Origin: an uncultured Collinsella sp.
GTDB lineage: Bacteria; Actinomycetota; Coriobacteriia; Coriobacteriales; Coriobacteriaceae
Reading direction: 5' to 3'
DNA: 64,000 nucleotides
NCBI GenBank assembly: GCA_900752015.1
Contig: CAADTZ010000019.1
Location: 8,045-72,044 of the forward strand
The notes beneath the pieces were generated by a model. It was not told the DNA's origin, did no database searches, and was given only the letters and a program-made list of their open reading frames with translations. The translations under genes and the position numbers were made by a program. Positions 21,461 to 30,809 of the stretch are shown in pieces; positions within the stretch are counted from its first letter, which is position 1; each line of letters begins with the position of its first letter.

Positions 21461-21500
21461 GGCGCGGTGGTCCTGCGGGGCTGCCGCGCCGTTTGCTTGC
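21461..21500 (+). terminator. prfC terminator hairpin
   Basis: GGCGCGG...CCGCGCC followed by GTTTGCTTGC. Confidence 0.6.
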
Positions 21501-21555
21501 CTGATGCCGTGTGAGCGGCTATCATACCCACCGTCGTCTCAAGACCGGGGCGTCC

Positions 21556-21606
21556 GAGCAGTTCGGGTCCGATATCCTGCTCGTTAAACCTAAAACCAAA
21601 GGAGTA
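21556..21606 (+). ncRNA. Candidate preQ1-I-like riboswitch (translational) upstream of the yhhQ-family transporter
   Basis: Stem GAGCAG/CUGCUC closes a loop beginning UUC. This is followed by an A-rich tail GUUAAACCUAAAACCAAAGGAG that ends in the Shine-Dalgarno sequence. The layout resembles the preQ1-I aptamer (P1 stem, UUC loop start, UUAA...AAAAC...AAGG tail). It sits immediately 5' of a queuosine-precursor transporter, the classic preQ1-regulated gene. Confidence 0.3.
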
Positions 21607-21610
21607 CATA

Positions 21611-22333
21611 ATGATCAAGAAGGTCATGGAGGACTACAAGGTCCTGTTGCGGAGCATTCCCGCGGCAACGGTTTCGCTGTTTTTCGTGAGCGTCATCATG
21701 ATGAACCTGCTGGCCAACAAAGAACTCATCAGCCTACCGTATCTGGCGCTCGACTGTGGCTTTGTGGTGAGCTGGGTTTCGTTTTTGTGCCAGGACATGA
21801 TTTGCAAGCGCTTTGGCGCCAAGGCATCCATCAAAATCTCTATCCTCGCGCTGCTGGTCAACCTGGCCGTGAGCCTGTGCTTTTGGGCATGCTCGCTCAC
21901 GCCCGGCATGTGGGGCGCTTACTACGACACGGGTATGATCGAGGTCAATACTGCCCTTAACGCCACCATCGGTGGCACCTGGTACGTGGTGCTTGGCTCG
22001 TCGCTTGCCATGCTCGTTTCTGCCGTGGTTAACTCCACGCTCAACCAGTCGCTTGGCCGTATGCTCAAAAAGAATAACTTTGCGAGCTTTGCCTTCCGCT
22101 CCTATGTGTCTACGGGTGTTGGCCAGTTTATCGACAACCTGGTCTTTGCCATTGTGGTGAGCCACACGTTCTTTGGTTGGACCTGGGTGCAGGTCCTTAT
22201 GTGCTCGCTGACGGGTGCTGTTGCCGAGCTGCTATGCGAGGTCTTCCTGAGCCCTGTGGGCTACAAGGTCGTGCGCGGCTGGGAGCGCGAGAATGTGGGC
22301 TCCGAGTACCTCGAGCGCCACGCAACCGCCTAA
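21611..22333 (+). CDS. Queuosine precursor transporter (YhhQ/VUT family, DUF165)
   Basis: 240 aa, 6-7 predicted TM helices. Characteristic VUT-family segments are present (LANKELISLPYLALDCGFVVSW...CQDMI...GQFIDN). Confidence 0.8.
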   Translation: MIKKVMEDYKVLLRSIPAATVSLFFVSVIMMNLLANKELISLPYLALDCGFVVSWVSFLCQDMICKRFGAKASIKISILALLVNLAVSLCFWACSLTPGMWGAYYDTGMIEVNTALNATIGGTWYVVLGSSLAMLVSAVVNSTLNQSLGRMLKKNNFASFAFRSYVSTGVGQFIDNLVFAIVVSHTFFGWTWVQVLMCSLTGAVAELLCEVFLSPVGYKVVRGWERENVGSEYLERHATA

Positions 22334-22342
22334 GGAGCAAGT

Positions 22343-23023
22343 ATGCGGGTTTTGATCACGGGCGCTTCGGGCGGTATCGGAGCTGCATGCGTGCAGCGCT
22401 TTTTGGACGAGGGCCACGAGGTTGTGGGCTTTGATCTGCTGCCGGCGGCGGTCGACCACGAGCCCTCCCCCCATTTGATCGTTGATGTCCGCGAGCCGGG
22501 CTCGTTTCCAGGCGACCTTGAACCCCAGGTGATCGTGAACGTTGCCGGTACGCAGGATTCGGCCGATGACATCGCCGCCAACCTGTATGGCACCATCAAC
22601 GTGACCGAGCGCTACGCCTTTGCGGGGGAGGGGCTTGCCGCCAAGCCGGTGCCGGCTATCCAATCCGTGGTCAATGTGGGGTCGGCGAGCGGGCATACGG
22701 GATCGGAGTTTCCTGCCTATGCTGCCAGCAAGGGCGGCGTTATCGCGTACACCAAGAACCTTGCAAACCGCCTGGCGCCGCAGGCCATCGCCAACAGTGT
22801 GGACCCGGGCGGCGTTATCGCGCCGCTCAACCGTTGCGTGATGGAAGACGAGCGCCTGTGGAATCAGATTATGGAGCTCACGCCGCTTAAACGCTGGGCC
22901 ACCGCCCAAGAGATCGCCGAGTGGATCTACTTTGTGGGCGTGACCAACCGGTTTATGACCGGACAGAGTCTGTTGATCGATGGCGGCGAGGCCGGCCGCA
23001 CGCAATTTATTTGGCCCGAATAG
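22343..23023 (+). CDS. SDR-family short-chain dehydrogenase/reductase
   Basis: VLITGASGGIGAA is the TGxxxGxG motif. YAASK is the catalytic Tyr-x3-Lys motif. Confidence 0.8.
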   Translation: MRVLITGASGGIGAACVQRFLDEGHEVVGFDLLPAAVDHEPSPHLIVDVREPGSFPGDLEPQVIVNVAGTQDSADDIAANLYGTINVTERYAFAGEGLAAKPVPAIQSVVNVGSASGHTGSEFPAYAASKGGVIAYTKNLANRLAPQAIANSVDPGGVIAPLNRCVMEDERLWNQIMELTPLKRWATAQEIAEWIYFVGVTNRFMTGQSLLIDGGEAGRTQFIWPE

Positions 23024-23033
23024 GAAACGCGCC

Positions 23034-23070
23034 CGATGGAAAGCCGTCGGGCGCGTTTTTGATGTATCGA
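23034..23070. terminator. Bidirectional rho-independent terminator (SDR gene / ung convergent pair)
   Basis: AAACGCGCCCGA-loop-TCGGGCGCGTTTTT. GC-rich stem with an A-tract on the 5' side and a T-tract on the 3' side. Confidence 0.85.
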
Positions 23071-23073
23071 TTT

Positions 23074-23799
23074 TTAGCCGAGGCAAGTCCAGTTGACGGG
23101 GGTCGAGCCGTGCTGTTCGAGTAGCCGATTGGCTGCCGAGAAGGGACGCGACCCCATAAAGGCGGGGAGTTCTGCCGTGGCACGGTTGGCCGAAAGCGGC
23201 GAGGGGTGCGTGGAGGCCAGGCAGAACTTGCCGGTCGCCTTGCCCGCGCCGGTCGCGGCGAGTTTGCCTTCGACCATCTGCTGGGCAAAGCGGCCCCATG
23301 CCAAAAAGACTACCGGCTGGGGCAGCTGACAGCAGCGTTCGATAACGTAGTCGGTGAGCGTGCTCCAGCCCAGTTTGGCGTGCGAGTTGGCGGCATGCTC
23401 GCGCACGGTGAGCGTGGTGTTGAGAAGTAGGACGCCCTGCTGTGCCCATGGGGTTAGGTCTCCCGTGGCGGGAATGGGGCAACCCAGATCGGCTTTGAGT
23501 TCTTTATAGATGTTGCGCAGGCTCGGCGGCAACTTGGTTTGCGTCGCGGGGACCGAGAACGACAGTCCCATGGCCTGGTTGGGTCCGTGATAGGGGTCTT
23601 GACCCAAGATGACAACTTTGACCTGGTCGGCCGGGGTGTAGGCGAGGGCATTGAGGATGTCGTCTTGTGCCGGGTAGATAGTCTGCTCGGCACGCAAAAG
23701 GGCGATGCGCTCGAGCAGCTGGTTCGTAGTGTCACGTACCGGCTGCGGCGCATTGCCCAACCAAGTTGCTATGTTGCGGTCGCGGGTCGCGGCGTCCAT
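23074..23799 (-). CDS. ung: Uracil-DNA glycosylase, family 1
   Basis: VVILGQDPYHGPNQAMGLSFSV...GVLLLNTTLTV...THPSPLSA contains the canonical UNG motifs. Confidence 0.9.
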   Translation of the reverse strand: MDAATRDRNIATWLGNAPQPVRDTTNQLLERIALLRAEQTIYPAQDDILNALAYTPADQVKVVILGQDPYHGPNQAMGLSFSVPATQTKLPPSLRNIYKELKADLGCPIPATGDLTPWAQQGVLLLNTTLTVREHAANSHAKLGWSTLTDYVIERCCQLPQPVVFLAWGRFAQQMVEGKLAATGAGKATGKFCLASTHPSPLSANRATAELPAFMGSRPFSAANRLLEQHGSTPVNWTCLG

Positions 23800-23887
23800 G
23801 GGGCTCCTTTATGGCAGATGCTCTGTTGGCATCTATTGTAAAGGCGCACCGGTTGCCTTTATGCCGCGGCAACAAAAGGTGAGGCGC

Positions 23888-24796
23888 TTACGAGGCTCGC
23901 TCGGGCGTTCCTGCCATGTGGGCGTGGTCGTGAGCGTGCGCATGAAGTCGCGGAAACTCGACGGTTGCCGCCATGACGCCGGTGAGGATGAGAGCTGCAC
24001 CCAGGAAGGCGATGGGGCTCAGGACCTCGCCGACCAAGAAGAACGAAAAGACGGCGGAGCAGACCGGCTCGAGCGAGAAGGCGAAGCCGGTGGTCTCGGC
24101 GGGCACGTGGGGCTGCACGAGCGTTTGGGTGATAAAGCCATAGGCAGAGCAGATGAGTGCGAGTGCGACGACGACTACGACCTCGCCCGGCGTGCCGGGA
24201 AGCGTGAAACCGCCAAAGACGCATGCGGCAATGCCCGAGAATAAGCCGCCGAAGCCCAGCTGCCAAACGCCCAGAGCCAGCGGATCGACTTCTTCGACAA
24301 AGCGCTTCGCCACAATGATATGGCCGGCATAGACAAAGGCGGAGAGCAGCATGATGAGCGCGCCCGGGTTCAGGCTGGTGAAATCGGCGCCCGAGAGCAG
24401 CAACATACCGCAGGTGACGATGGCGGTGCCGACGAGCACTTTGCGCTCGGGGGCGCGACGCAGCAGGGCTGCGTTGGCAAACGGCACGATTACGACTGTC
24501 AGGCTCTGCAAAAAGCCGGCGGTGGAGGCGGAGGTGAGGCTGGAGCCCAGGCACATGCAGGTGAGCTCGGTTGCCATGATGGCGCCGATGATGGCGGCAC
24601 GGACCATAAGGTCGCGGTTGATACGGAACGCGCGCTTGTGGAAGAGCAGCAGGCAGGCCGCGAAGGCGATGATGCAGCGCAGCGCAACGATACTCGTGGC
24701 GTTCATGCTGTCCATGCCGATCTTCATGAGGGGGTACGAAAAGCCCCATGCGACGGGAACGGAAAATGAGAGCGCGATTGCTTTTTTGCGGTCCAT
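23888..24796 (-). CDS. EamA/DMT-family transporter
   Basis: MDRKKAIALSFSVPVAWGFSYPLMKIG...; two EamA repeats. ATG at 24796. Divergent from the LysR gene. Confidence 0.75.
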   Translation of the reverse strand: MDRKKAIALSFSVPVAWGFSYPLMKIGMDSMNATSIVALRCIIAFAACLLLFHKRAFRINRDLMVRAAIIGAIMATELTCMCLGSSLTSASTAGFLQSLTVVIVPFANAALLRRAPERKVLVGTAIVTCGMLLLSGADFTSLNPGALIMLLSAFVYAGHIIVAKRFVEEVDPLALGVWQLGFGGLFSGIAACVFGGFTLPGTPGEVVVVVALALICSAYGFITQTLVQPHVPAETTGFAFSLEPVCSAVFSFFLVGEVLSPIAFLGAALILTGVMAATVEFPRLHAHAHDHAHMAGTPERAS

Positions 24797-24955
24797 GGGA
24801 CTCCTTGTTGTTACAGAACGGTTTCGTAAAAAGGATTCTGCTCCCAGATGTAGATGTAGTAAAGCAAATGTATCTTCAGTATGATTAAGAAACGCTAATG
24901 TCAGTAGGAAAAGCCCTGGCAAAACGTTTTATGTCTGCATTGATGTGGAGGCACG

Positions 24956-25822
24956 ATGGCATCGCGGTATCAGATTGTGTGTATGGTGGTCGATCGCGGC
25001 AGTCTTAAGGGCGCGGCGGACGAGCTGGGCTATACGCAAAGTGCGGTGAGCCAGGCCGTCAAGGCACTCGAGCGCGAGCTGGGCACCACGATTATCGAGC
25101 GCGGAAAGCAGGGCGTTTCGCTTACGCGCGACGGTAAGCAATATCTGCCGTACCTGCGCCAGATCGTGACCGCCGAGGCCGAGCTCGAGGGCAAGCGCCA
25201 GGAGCTGCTGGGGCTTTCGTCGACCGATATTCGCATTGCGACGTTTACCAACGTGAGTCGCACCGTGCTGCCGCGTGTGATCCGCGACTTTGAGGCCCTG
25301 CACCCGGGCGTACGCTTTACCCTCAAGCAGGGCGATTACACGCGCAACGCTCAATGGGTGCACGATGGGGTGGTTGATTTTTGTTTTACGGCGCGCGGAT
25401 TTACCGCTGGGCTCGAGAAGCGCGTGGTCTATCACGACGAGTTGGTGGCGTTGTTGCCTGTCGCGCATCCGCTGACGGCAAAGGAAAAGGTGACGCTCGC
25501 CGACCTGGCGTCCGAGCCGTTTGTGCTGTTGGATGAGGGCGAACAGAGTCTGGTGCTCGATGCATTTGCGGCGCATGGCCTGTCGCCGCACGTGACGAGT
25601 GAAGTGACCGACGACTACACCATCATGGCGATGGTGGAGGAGGGCCTAGGCGTGAGCATGCTGTATCGCCGTACCGTTGAGGGCATGCAGGCCGATATTC
25701 GCGTACGTCCTATCGTGCATGCCCCCTCGCGCGACGTGGTGGCCGCCTGGCGCAGCTGGGACACCATGCCCATCGCCACGAGGCACTTTATCGACTATAT
25801 GAGCTCGCATATTGTCAATTAA
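24956..25822 (+). CDS. LysR-family transcriptional regulator
   Basis: N-terminal LysR HTH (GSLKGAADELGYTQSAVSQAVKALE) plus a substrate-binding domain. Confidence 0.85.
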   Translation: MASRYQIVCMVVDRGSLKGAADELGYTQSAVSQAVKALERELGTTIIERGKQGVSLTRDGKQYLPYLRQIVTAEAELEGKRQELLGLSSTDIRIATFTNVSRTVLPRVIRDFEALHPGVRFTLKQGDYTRNAQWVHDGVVDFCFTARGFTAGLEKRVVYHDELVALLPVAHPLTAKEKVTLADLASEPFVLLDEGEQSLVLDAFAAHGLSPHVTSEVTDDYTIMAMVEEGLGVSMLYRRTVEGMQADIRVRPIVHAPSRDVVAAWRSWDTMPIATRHFIDYMSSHIVN

Positions 25823-25849
25823 TGACTGGCGTGGCGTTGAGTGCGGTGT

Positions 25850-27232
25850 TTAGCGGGCTGTCGCTTTGGCTTGGGTGGCGCGATAGGTACGTGCCGGGTG
25901 GCAGAGTAGCACCGCCACGACCATAAAGAACGCCGTGGTGCCCAGGCTGATGGGGTAGACCATCATGATGTTTGCAAAGGTGCGGAAGTGCGGGAACACG
26001 CAGAACACCCAGTAGAAGCGGATGCCGCAGACGCAGATCATGGTGATGAGGGCGGGCGTGAGCGAGATGCCAAAGCCGCGCAGGTAGCCTGACATGTTTT
26101 CGTAGAACATGCTAAAGGCGTACGCCGGGAAGATCGAACACACGCGGATATAGCCGATTGAGACAATGTTGGGATCGCTGTTGAACAGCGACAAGATCTC
26201 GCGCCCCAGGCCGACAATAACGATAATTGTGGTGAGCGCGACGATACCGCCTTCGACTAGGCAGACCTTGAGCGTTTTGGTGCAGCGATCGATCTGGCGG
26301 GCACCGTGGTTTTGTCCCACAAAGGTGGTGCAAGCCTGGCTAAAGCTGTTGAGCAGGTTGTAACACACGTACTCCAGGCTCATGGCGGCGCTCGATGCCG
26401 CCATGACCTCGGTGCCCAGGCTGTTGATGGCAGACTGGATGATGATGTTGGCGACAGCAAAGACGGCGCTTTGGATGCCGGCGGGCAGGCCGATCTTGAC
26501 GATGCGCTTGAGGGCGACGGGGTCGATAGCCAGGTCGCGTGGGGTGACGCGGACGACGGAGTCGGTCTTGAGCAGGCGAATAAAGAGTGTAGCGGCGCTG
26601 ACGGTGTAGGCGATGGCGGTGGCGATGGCGACACCTGCGACGCCCCAGTGGAGTACGGGGACAAAGATGAGGTCCAGGCCAATGTTGAGGACGGTGGACA
26701 CAGCAAGCGCCTGCAGCGGCATGCGGGTGATGCCGACGGAGCGGAAGATCGCGGCCTCAAAGTTGTAGAGCAAGATCGAGGGCATGCTGAGCAAAAAGAC
26801 GCGCAGGTAGAGCGAAGCGAGCGGCATGGTTTCGGCGGGAACGTTGAGCGCGGCGAGCATGGGCTCGGCAAAGATCTCGCCCAGCGCGATGACGACAAAG
26901 CCCACGAGCGCCATTAAAATCGAGGTATGGACGGCGCGTTTGACCATGTTCTGATCGTTGCGGCCGATAGCGTTGGCGATGACCACGTTGGAGCCAAGCG
27001 ACATGCCAATAAACAGGTTGAGCATAAGACTGGTAAGCGGAACATTGGAGCCGACCGCCGCCATGGCGAGGGTTCCCTGGTCGCCCGAGAAGTTACCGAT
27101 GATAACCGTGGCGATGAGGTTCGATAGCTGCTCCAAGATGCTCGTGGCGGCCACGGGGAAGGCGAACAGGGGAATATTGCGCCACAGCGAGCCGGTGGTC
27201 ATGTCAATGTGCTTAGATACGGTGTCAGCCAT
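25850..27232 (-). CDS. MATE-family efflux transporter
   Basis: 460 aa, 12 TM helices. MATE N-terminus (SLWRNIPLFAFPVAATSILEQLSNLIATVIIGNF). Confidence 0.85.
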   Translation of the reverse strand: MADTVSKHIDMTTGSLWRNIPLFAFPVAATSILEQLSNLIATVIIGNFSGDQGTLAMAAVGSNVPLTSLMLNLFIGMSLGSNVVIANAIGRNDQNMVKRAVHTSILMALVGFVVIALGEIFAEPMLAALNVPAETMPLASLYLRVFLLSMPSILLYNFEAAIFRSVGITRMPLQALAVSTVLNIGLDLIFVPVLHWGVAGVAIATAIAYTVSAATLFIRLLKTDSVVRVTPRDLAIDPVALKRIVKIGLPAGIQSAVFAVANIIIQSAINSLGTEVMAASSAAMSLEYVCYNLLNSFSQACTTFVGQNHGARQIDRCTKTLKVCLVEGGIVALTTIIVIVGLGREILSLFNSDPNIVSIGYIRVCSIFPAYAFSMFYENMSGYLRGFGISLTPALITMICVCGIRFYWVFCVFPHFRTFANIMMVYPISLGTTAFFMVVAVLLCHPARTYRATQAKATAR

Positions 27233-27293
27233 ACGCTCTCAATCTCTAACATGCTCTTTCGTGCTTATTTGCGCAGATGATGATACTCCTAAT

Positions 27294-27355
27294 CGACTAG
27301 TCGTTGGGGACGTTCTTAAACGACTAGTCCTTCAAGAACGTCCCCAATGACTAGG
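27294..27355. repeat. Palindromic interspersed repeat family R1, copy C
   Basis: CGACTAGTCGTT-GGGGACGTTCTT-AAACGACTAGTCCTT-CAAGAACGTCCCC-AATGACTAGG. Lies in the divergent promoter region between the MATE gene and the rlmA-like gene. Confidence 0.65.
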
Positions 27356-27410
27356 TGGGGAAGGCGTGCGACAATGGTGGGCGTTGTGTTGTTCGCGCTA
27401 AGGAGTTGCC

Positions 27411-28226
27411 ATGTTGTTGTGTCCCGTTTGCCATGAGCCGTTGGTGGACGATGAGCGCGGTGCTGTATGCGCGGGCGGGCACCGGTTTGACCGTGCGCGC
27501 GAGGGCTATCTATATCTACTACGCTCGTCCAAGAGCGGCGACTCCATGGGTGATCCCAAGTCACAGGCGCGCAGCCGTCGCGACTTTCTGAACCGCGGTT
27601 ACTATGCGCCGTTGCGCGATGCGATGGTCGAGCTGGTGCGCAAGCAGGCGTCTGGGCGCGCTGCGTCTACGAATGGCCCCATGACGCTGCTCGATATTTG
27701 CTGTGGCGAGGGCTACTACACCAGCGCCATGGGCGCGGTGCCGGGCGTGGACGCTTACGGGTTCGATTTGGGCAAAAAGATGGTGCGCCTTGCCGCCAAG
27801 CGCGGCGATGCGACCTACTTCGTGGCCAACATGAAGGACATCCCCGTGGCCGATGGCGCCTTCGATATGGTGACCGAGCTCTTTGCTCCCTTTAACGAGC
27901 GTGAGTTTGCCCGCGTGCTGGCGCCAGAGGGCTCGCTCTATACCGTGGTGCCGGGCGCCCGTCATCTGTTTGGGCTCAAGGAAGTGCTCTACGACACGCC
28001 GTACCTTAACGATGAGAAGCTGCCGAAGACCACCGAGCTCGAGTTGGTCGGAACGCAGCGGGTGTCTGCGAATATTACGCTTCAGACCCAGGCCGACATC
28101 GAGGCGGTGTTCCAGATGACGCCGTACTACTACCGCACGCGCCCTGCCGACAAAGAGCGCCTGGCAAACTTGGACACGCTCCAAACCGATATCGACTTCA
28201 TCATCGCTGAGTACCGCCACAGCTAA
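27411..28226 (+). CDS. rlmA: 23S rRNA (guanine745-N1)-methyltransferase RlmA-like (N-terminal Zn-finger plus class I SAM MTase)
   Basis: N-terminal CPVCHEPL...CAGGH zinc finger. SAM-binding motif LLDICCGEGYYT. Confidence 0.75.
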   Translation: MLLCPVCHEPLVDDERGAVCAGGHRFDRAREGYLYLLRSSKSGDSMGDPKSQARSRRDFLNRGYYAPLRDAMVELVRKQASGRAASTNGPMTLLDICCGEGYYTSAMGAVPGVDAYGFDLGKKMVRLAAKRGDATYFVANMKDIPVADGAFDMVTELFAPFNEREFARVLAPEGSLYTVVPGARHLFGLKEVLYDTPYLNDEKLPKTTELELVGTQRVSANITLQTQADIEAVFQMTPYYYRTRPADKERLANLDTLQTDIDFIIAEYRHS

Positions 28227-28251
28227 CAACCGGCTTTATCTGGGCAAACGT

Positions 28252-28290
28252 AAAGGGCCGACCGCGGAGATGCGCGATCGGCCCTTTTTA
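28252..28290 (+). terminator. Rho-independent terminator after rlmA
   Basis: AAAGGGCCGA...TCGGCCCTTTTTA. Confidence 0.8.
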
Positions 28291-28325
28291 GTTGCTTGGC
28301 TGCAGAGGTTATGAGAAGCGAGTGC

Positions 28326-28727
28326 TTATAGGCGGTCCTTGTTCTCGGCCTTAACGGCGTGTGCCTGCTGAACAAAGAACAGGTCGTACACCACGATGAC
28401 AAAGGCGCCATAGTTGATGGCGTCGCCGCCAAATGCGGGAAGCGTGAGCACCGCTTGGGCAAGCGTGGCGACCGCGGCAACAATACCGAGCTTAAACGCG
28501 CCGTCCACCTGCGAAGGCTTGTTGGCGCCCTTGATACCGGCGACGCCTGCGGCAAGGTCGACGAGACCCTTGGCGATAAGCACGACCGCTGCGAGCGTGG
28601 CGTACGAACCGTACGTGGAATCGAGACCGCCCGTGGCGATGCCGACGCCGGCGGTGACGAGGCTGGCGATGCCCAAAACAAAGTAGATGAGAGCAAGGAT
28701 TTTGAGAGTCTTGCGAGTGAAGCTCAT
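28326..28727 (-). CDS. Small Gly/Ala-rich integral membrane protein (3-4 TM), function unknown
   Basis: MSFTRKTLKILALIYFVLGIASLVTAGVGIATGG.... RBS AAGGA lies 7 nt before ATG 28727. The longer 28796 start lacks an RBS. Confidence 0.45.
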   Translation of the reverse strand: MSFTRKTLKILALIYFVLGIASLVTAGVGIATGGLDSTYGSYATLAAVVLIAKGLVDLAAGVAGIKGANKPSQVDGAFKLGIVAAVATLAQAVLTLPAFGGDAINYGAFVIVVYDLFFVQQAHAVKAENKDRL

Positions 28728-28960
28728 GGCTGGTCCTTTCGATACGAGTACGCCAACTTGGCGCACCCAATGTACTGCACATATGGTGAAGCACATTGTA
28801 GTTCAACGCGGCGATGCATGCGTTTGAAAGCGCATTGAGCCCGCGCAGCCAAACCCAACCTTTCAAAAAGGAAAGCTGGGCGTAAGGCAAATCGATGGCA
28901 GCCCATGTGCGGCGCTGCGATGATGGGGCCGTAACAAGGAGCTGGTCTCAAGGAGGAGTC

Positions 28961-29104
28961 ATGATGTACGGAGCAGGGCAAGTGCGTGAGCCGCGGTCGT
29001 TGGGAAGGCGCATGGGCGATTCCGTGATCGCTGCCGTGTGCACGGGATTGATGGCGGTACTTTGCATTGCGATGCTGTGGGCCATGTCGCATGTGGGACA
29101 ATAG
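28961..29104 (+). CDS. Small ORF (47 aa) with a strong RBS and a C-terminal hydrophobic helix
   Basis: CAAGGAGGAGTC-ATG gives a perfect SD at optimal spacing. Product MMYGAGQVREPRSLGRRMGDSVIAAVCTGLMAVLCIAMLWAMSHVGQ. No homology recognised. Confidence 0.3.
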   Translation: MMYGAGQVREPRSLGRRMGDSVIAAVCTGLMAVLCIAMLWAMSHVGQ

Positions 29105-29161
29105 CGGACGGTTGGGTGCTGACATAAACGGCGCTCACGTATTCGTTTTGCTTGTTAAGGA

Positions 29162-29872
29162 GTGCCCATGGGCGTCATCGATCCCTTTTCTGTTGCTCGG
29201 GCCGCGGGGCTTGAGCTGACCGGGAAGTCCGAGGGCCTCACGCTCACCGACGGCACGATGGAGCTGCGAGCCGATTTTGCCCGCATGCTGCCACGACTCA
29301 AGCAAGGCCGTCTGCAGCAAGAGCTGTTGGTAAAGGCTGCGCGTGCAAAAGGCATCGAGCGCCCATGGGCGATTGATGCCACGGCAGGCTTTGGCGAGGA
29401 TTCGCTGCTGTTGGCGGCCGCGGGCTTTACCGTCGATCTGTATGAGCAGGATTGCGTGATTGCGGCGCTCCTCAAGGATGCCTTGGATCGCGCGGCAGAT
29501 GATCTGGCGCTTGCGGTTGCCGTGTCGCGTATGCGCTTACATGCGGGCGAGGACAGCATTGCTGGTCTTCGTCATACAGCTGAGCTGATCGGGCAGGGCG
29601 AGCTTGCCGCTCCCGACGTGGTGTATCTGGACCCCATGTTTCCCGGGCGCACCAAGAGCGCGGCGGTTAAAAAGAAGTTCCAACTCTTGCACCATCTGGA
29701 ACAGCCGTGCGCCGATGAGGAGACGCTAGTCGAAGCTGCGCTTGCGGTGCATCCGCGCAAGGTGGTTATCAAGCGACCGGTGAAGGGGCCACTGCTTGCC
29801 GGCGTTAAGCCGAGCTATCAACTTGCGGGCAAGGCCGTTCGTTACGATGTTTTGGTGCCGCCGCGCCCGTAG
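29162..29872 (+). CDS. rsmJ: 16S rRNA (guanine1516-N2)-methyltransferase RsmJ-like (class I SAM MTase)
   Basis: WAIDATAGFGEDSLLLAAAGFTVDLYEQD matches the RsmJ SAM-binding core. 236 aa. Confidence 0.7.
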   Translation: MPMGVIDPFSVARAAGLELTGKSEGLTLTDGTMELRADFARMLPRLKQGRLQQELLVKAARAKGIERPWAIDATAGFGEDSLLLAAAGFTVDLYEQDCVIAALLKDALDRAADDLALAVAVSRMRLHAGEDSIAGLRHTAELIGQGELAAPDVVYLDPMFPGRTKSAAVKKKFQLLHHLEQPCADEETLVEAALAVHPRKVVIKRPVKGPLLAGVKPSYQLAGKAVRYDVLVPPRP

Positions 29873-29920
29873 CTTGCGCGCGATAGTTGGCGCTCCGTCA
29901 GTGCCGTGCCGAAGCGGCGC

Positions 29921-30217
29921 CTATTTCCAAGGGTGCGACGTCAGGTGCCATCCGCCGCAGTATTCGCATTTGTAGCAGGCCAAACCACGCCGCCCGCGGT
30001 TTTCGCATTCGGCCATAACGGCCTCGGCCTCGGCGCGCGTGTCGTAACGGTTTTTGCGTTCGCACGACTTGTAGCGCCAGGCCTCATCGCGCTCGGCGTC
30101 CAGGGCGTCGCGGCGCTCGTCCTCGCGTGCAAACAGGTCGCTCATATCGCCGCCGGTAGCAGCGCCCAAAAACTCGCTTTTGGCCTTTGACCAGGCGGAT
30201 CGTTTTTTGCTCCCCAT
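29921..30217 (-). CDS. Hypothetical small protein with C-terminal Cys cluster (CYKCEYCGGWH)
   Basis: ORF with GGAGAGGG upstream of ATG 30217 (alternative ATG at 30250). The C-terminal CxxCxxC plus upstream Cys residues suggest a zinc ribbon. No family recognised. Confidence 0.35.
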   Translation of the reverse strand: MGSKKRSAWSKAKSEFLGAATGGDMSDLFAREDERRDALDAERDEAWRYKSCERKNRYDTRAEAEAVMAECENRGRRGLACYKCEYCGGWHLTSHPWK

Positions 30218-30290
30218 CTGCTTCGCGCCCTCTCCAAACGTTGGTATCATTGCTCAATCAAAGTGATACCAATAAACGTGAGGTCGCCGC

Positions 30291-30782
30291 GTGATGATCA
30301 GAAAAACCCTCGATACCGACATTCCCGCCGTCATGGCTATCTACGGCGCTGCCCGCGCCTTTATGCGCGCGCATGGCAACGCCACGCAATGGCCCGAGGG
30401 CACGCCTTCGGCCGAGCAGCTGGCTGCCGATATCGCCGCCGGTGGCAGCTATGTGTGCGAAGTCGACGGCCGCGTGGTGGCGACGTTTGCCTTTTTACCG
30501 GGCCCGGACGAGTGCTATGACGTAATTGAGGACGGGCAATGGCGTAGCGACACTCCATACGCCGTGCTGCACCGTGTGGCGTCCGATGGCACCGTGCACG
30601 GTATCGCGGCTGCGATGTTTGCCTTTGCCAAGGAGCGCGCCGACCACCTGCGCATTGATACGCATCAGGACAACCTGCCCATGCAGGGTGCCATCATAAA
30701 GGCCGGCTTTGAGCGCGCTGGTATCGTCTATGTGTCCGACGGCACGGCGCGTGTCGCGTTCGATTGGCTGCGCGAGGCGTAA
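30291..30782 (+). CDS. GNAT-family N-acetyltransferase
   Basis: 163 aa. Acetyl-CoA binding region (VASDGTVHGIAAAMFAFAKE) and an overall GNAT layout. Confidence 0.8.
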   Translation: MMIRKTLDTDIPAVMAIYGAARAFMRAHGNATQWPEGTPSAEQLAADIAAGGSYVCEVDGRVVATFAFLPGPDECYDVIEDGQWRSDTPYAVLHRVASDGTVHGIAAAMFAFAKERADHLRIDTHQDNLPMQGAIIKAGFERAGIVYVSDGTARVAFDWLREA

Positions 30783-30809
30783 GAGCGACGCCTCATATCA
30801 ATAATTCAT

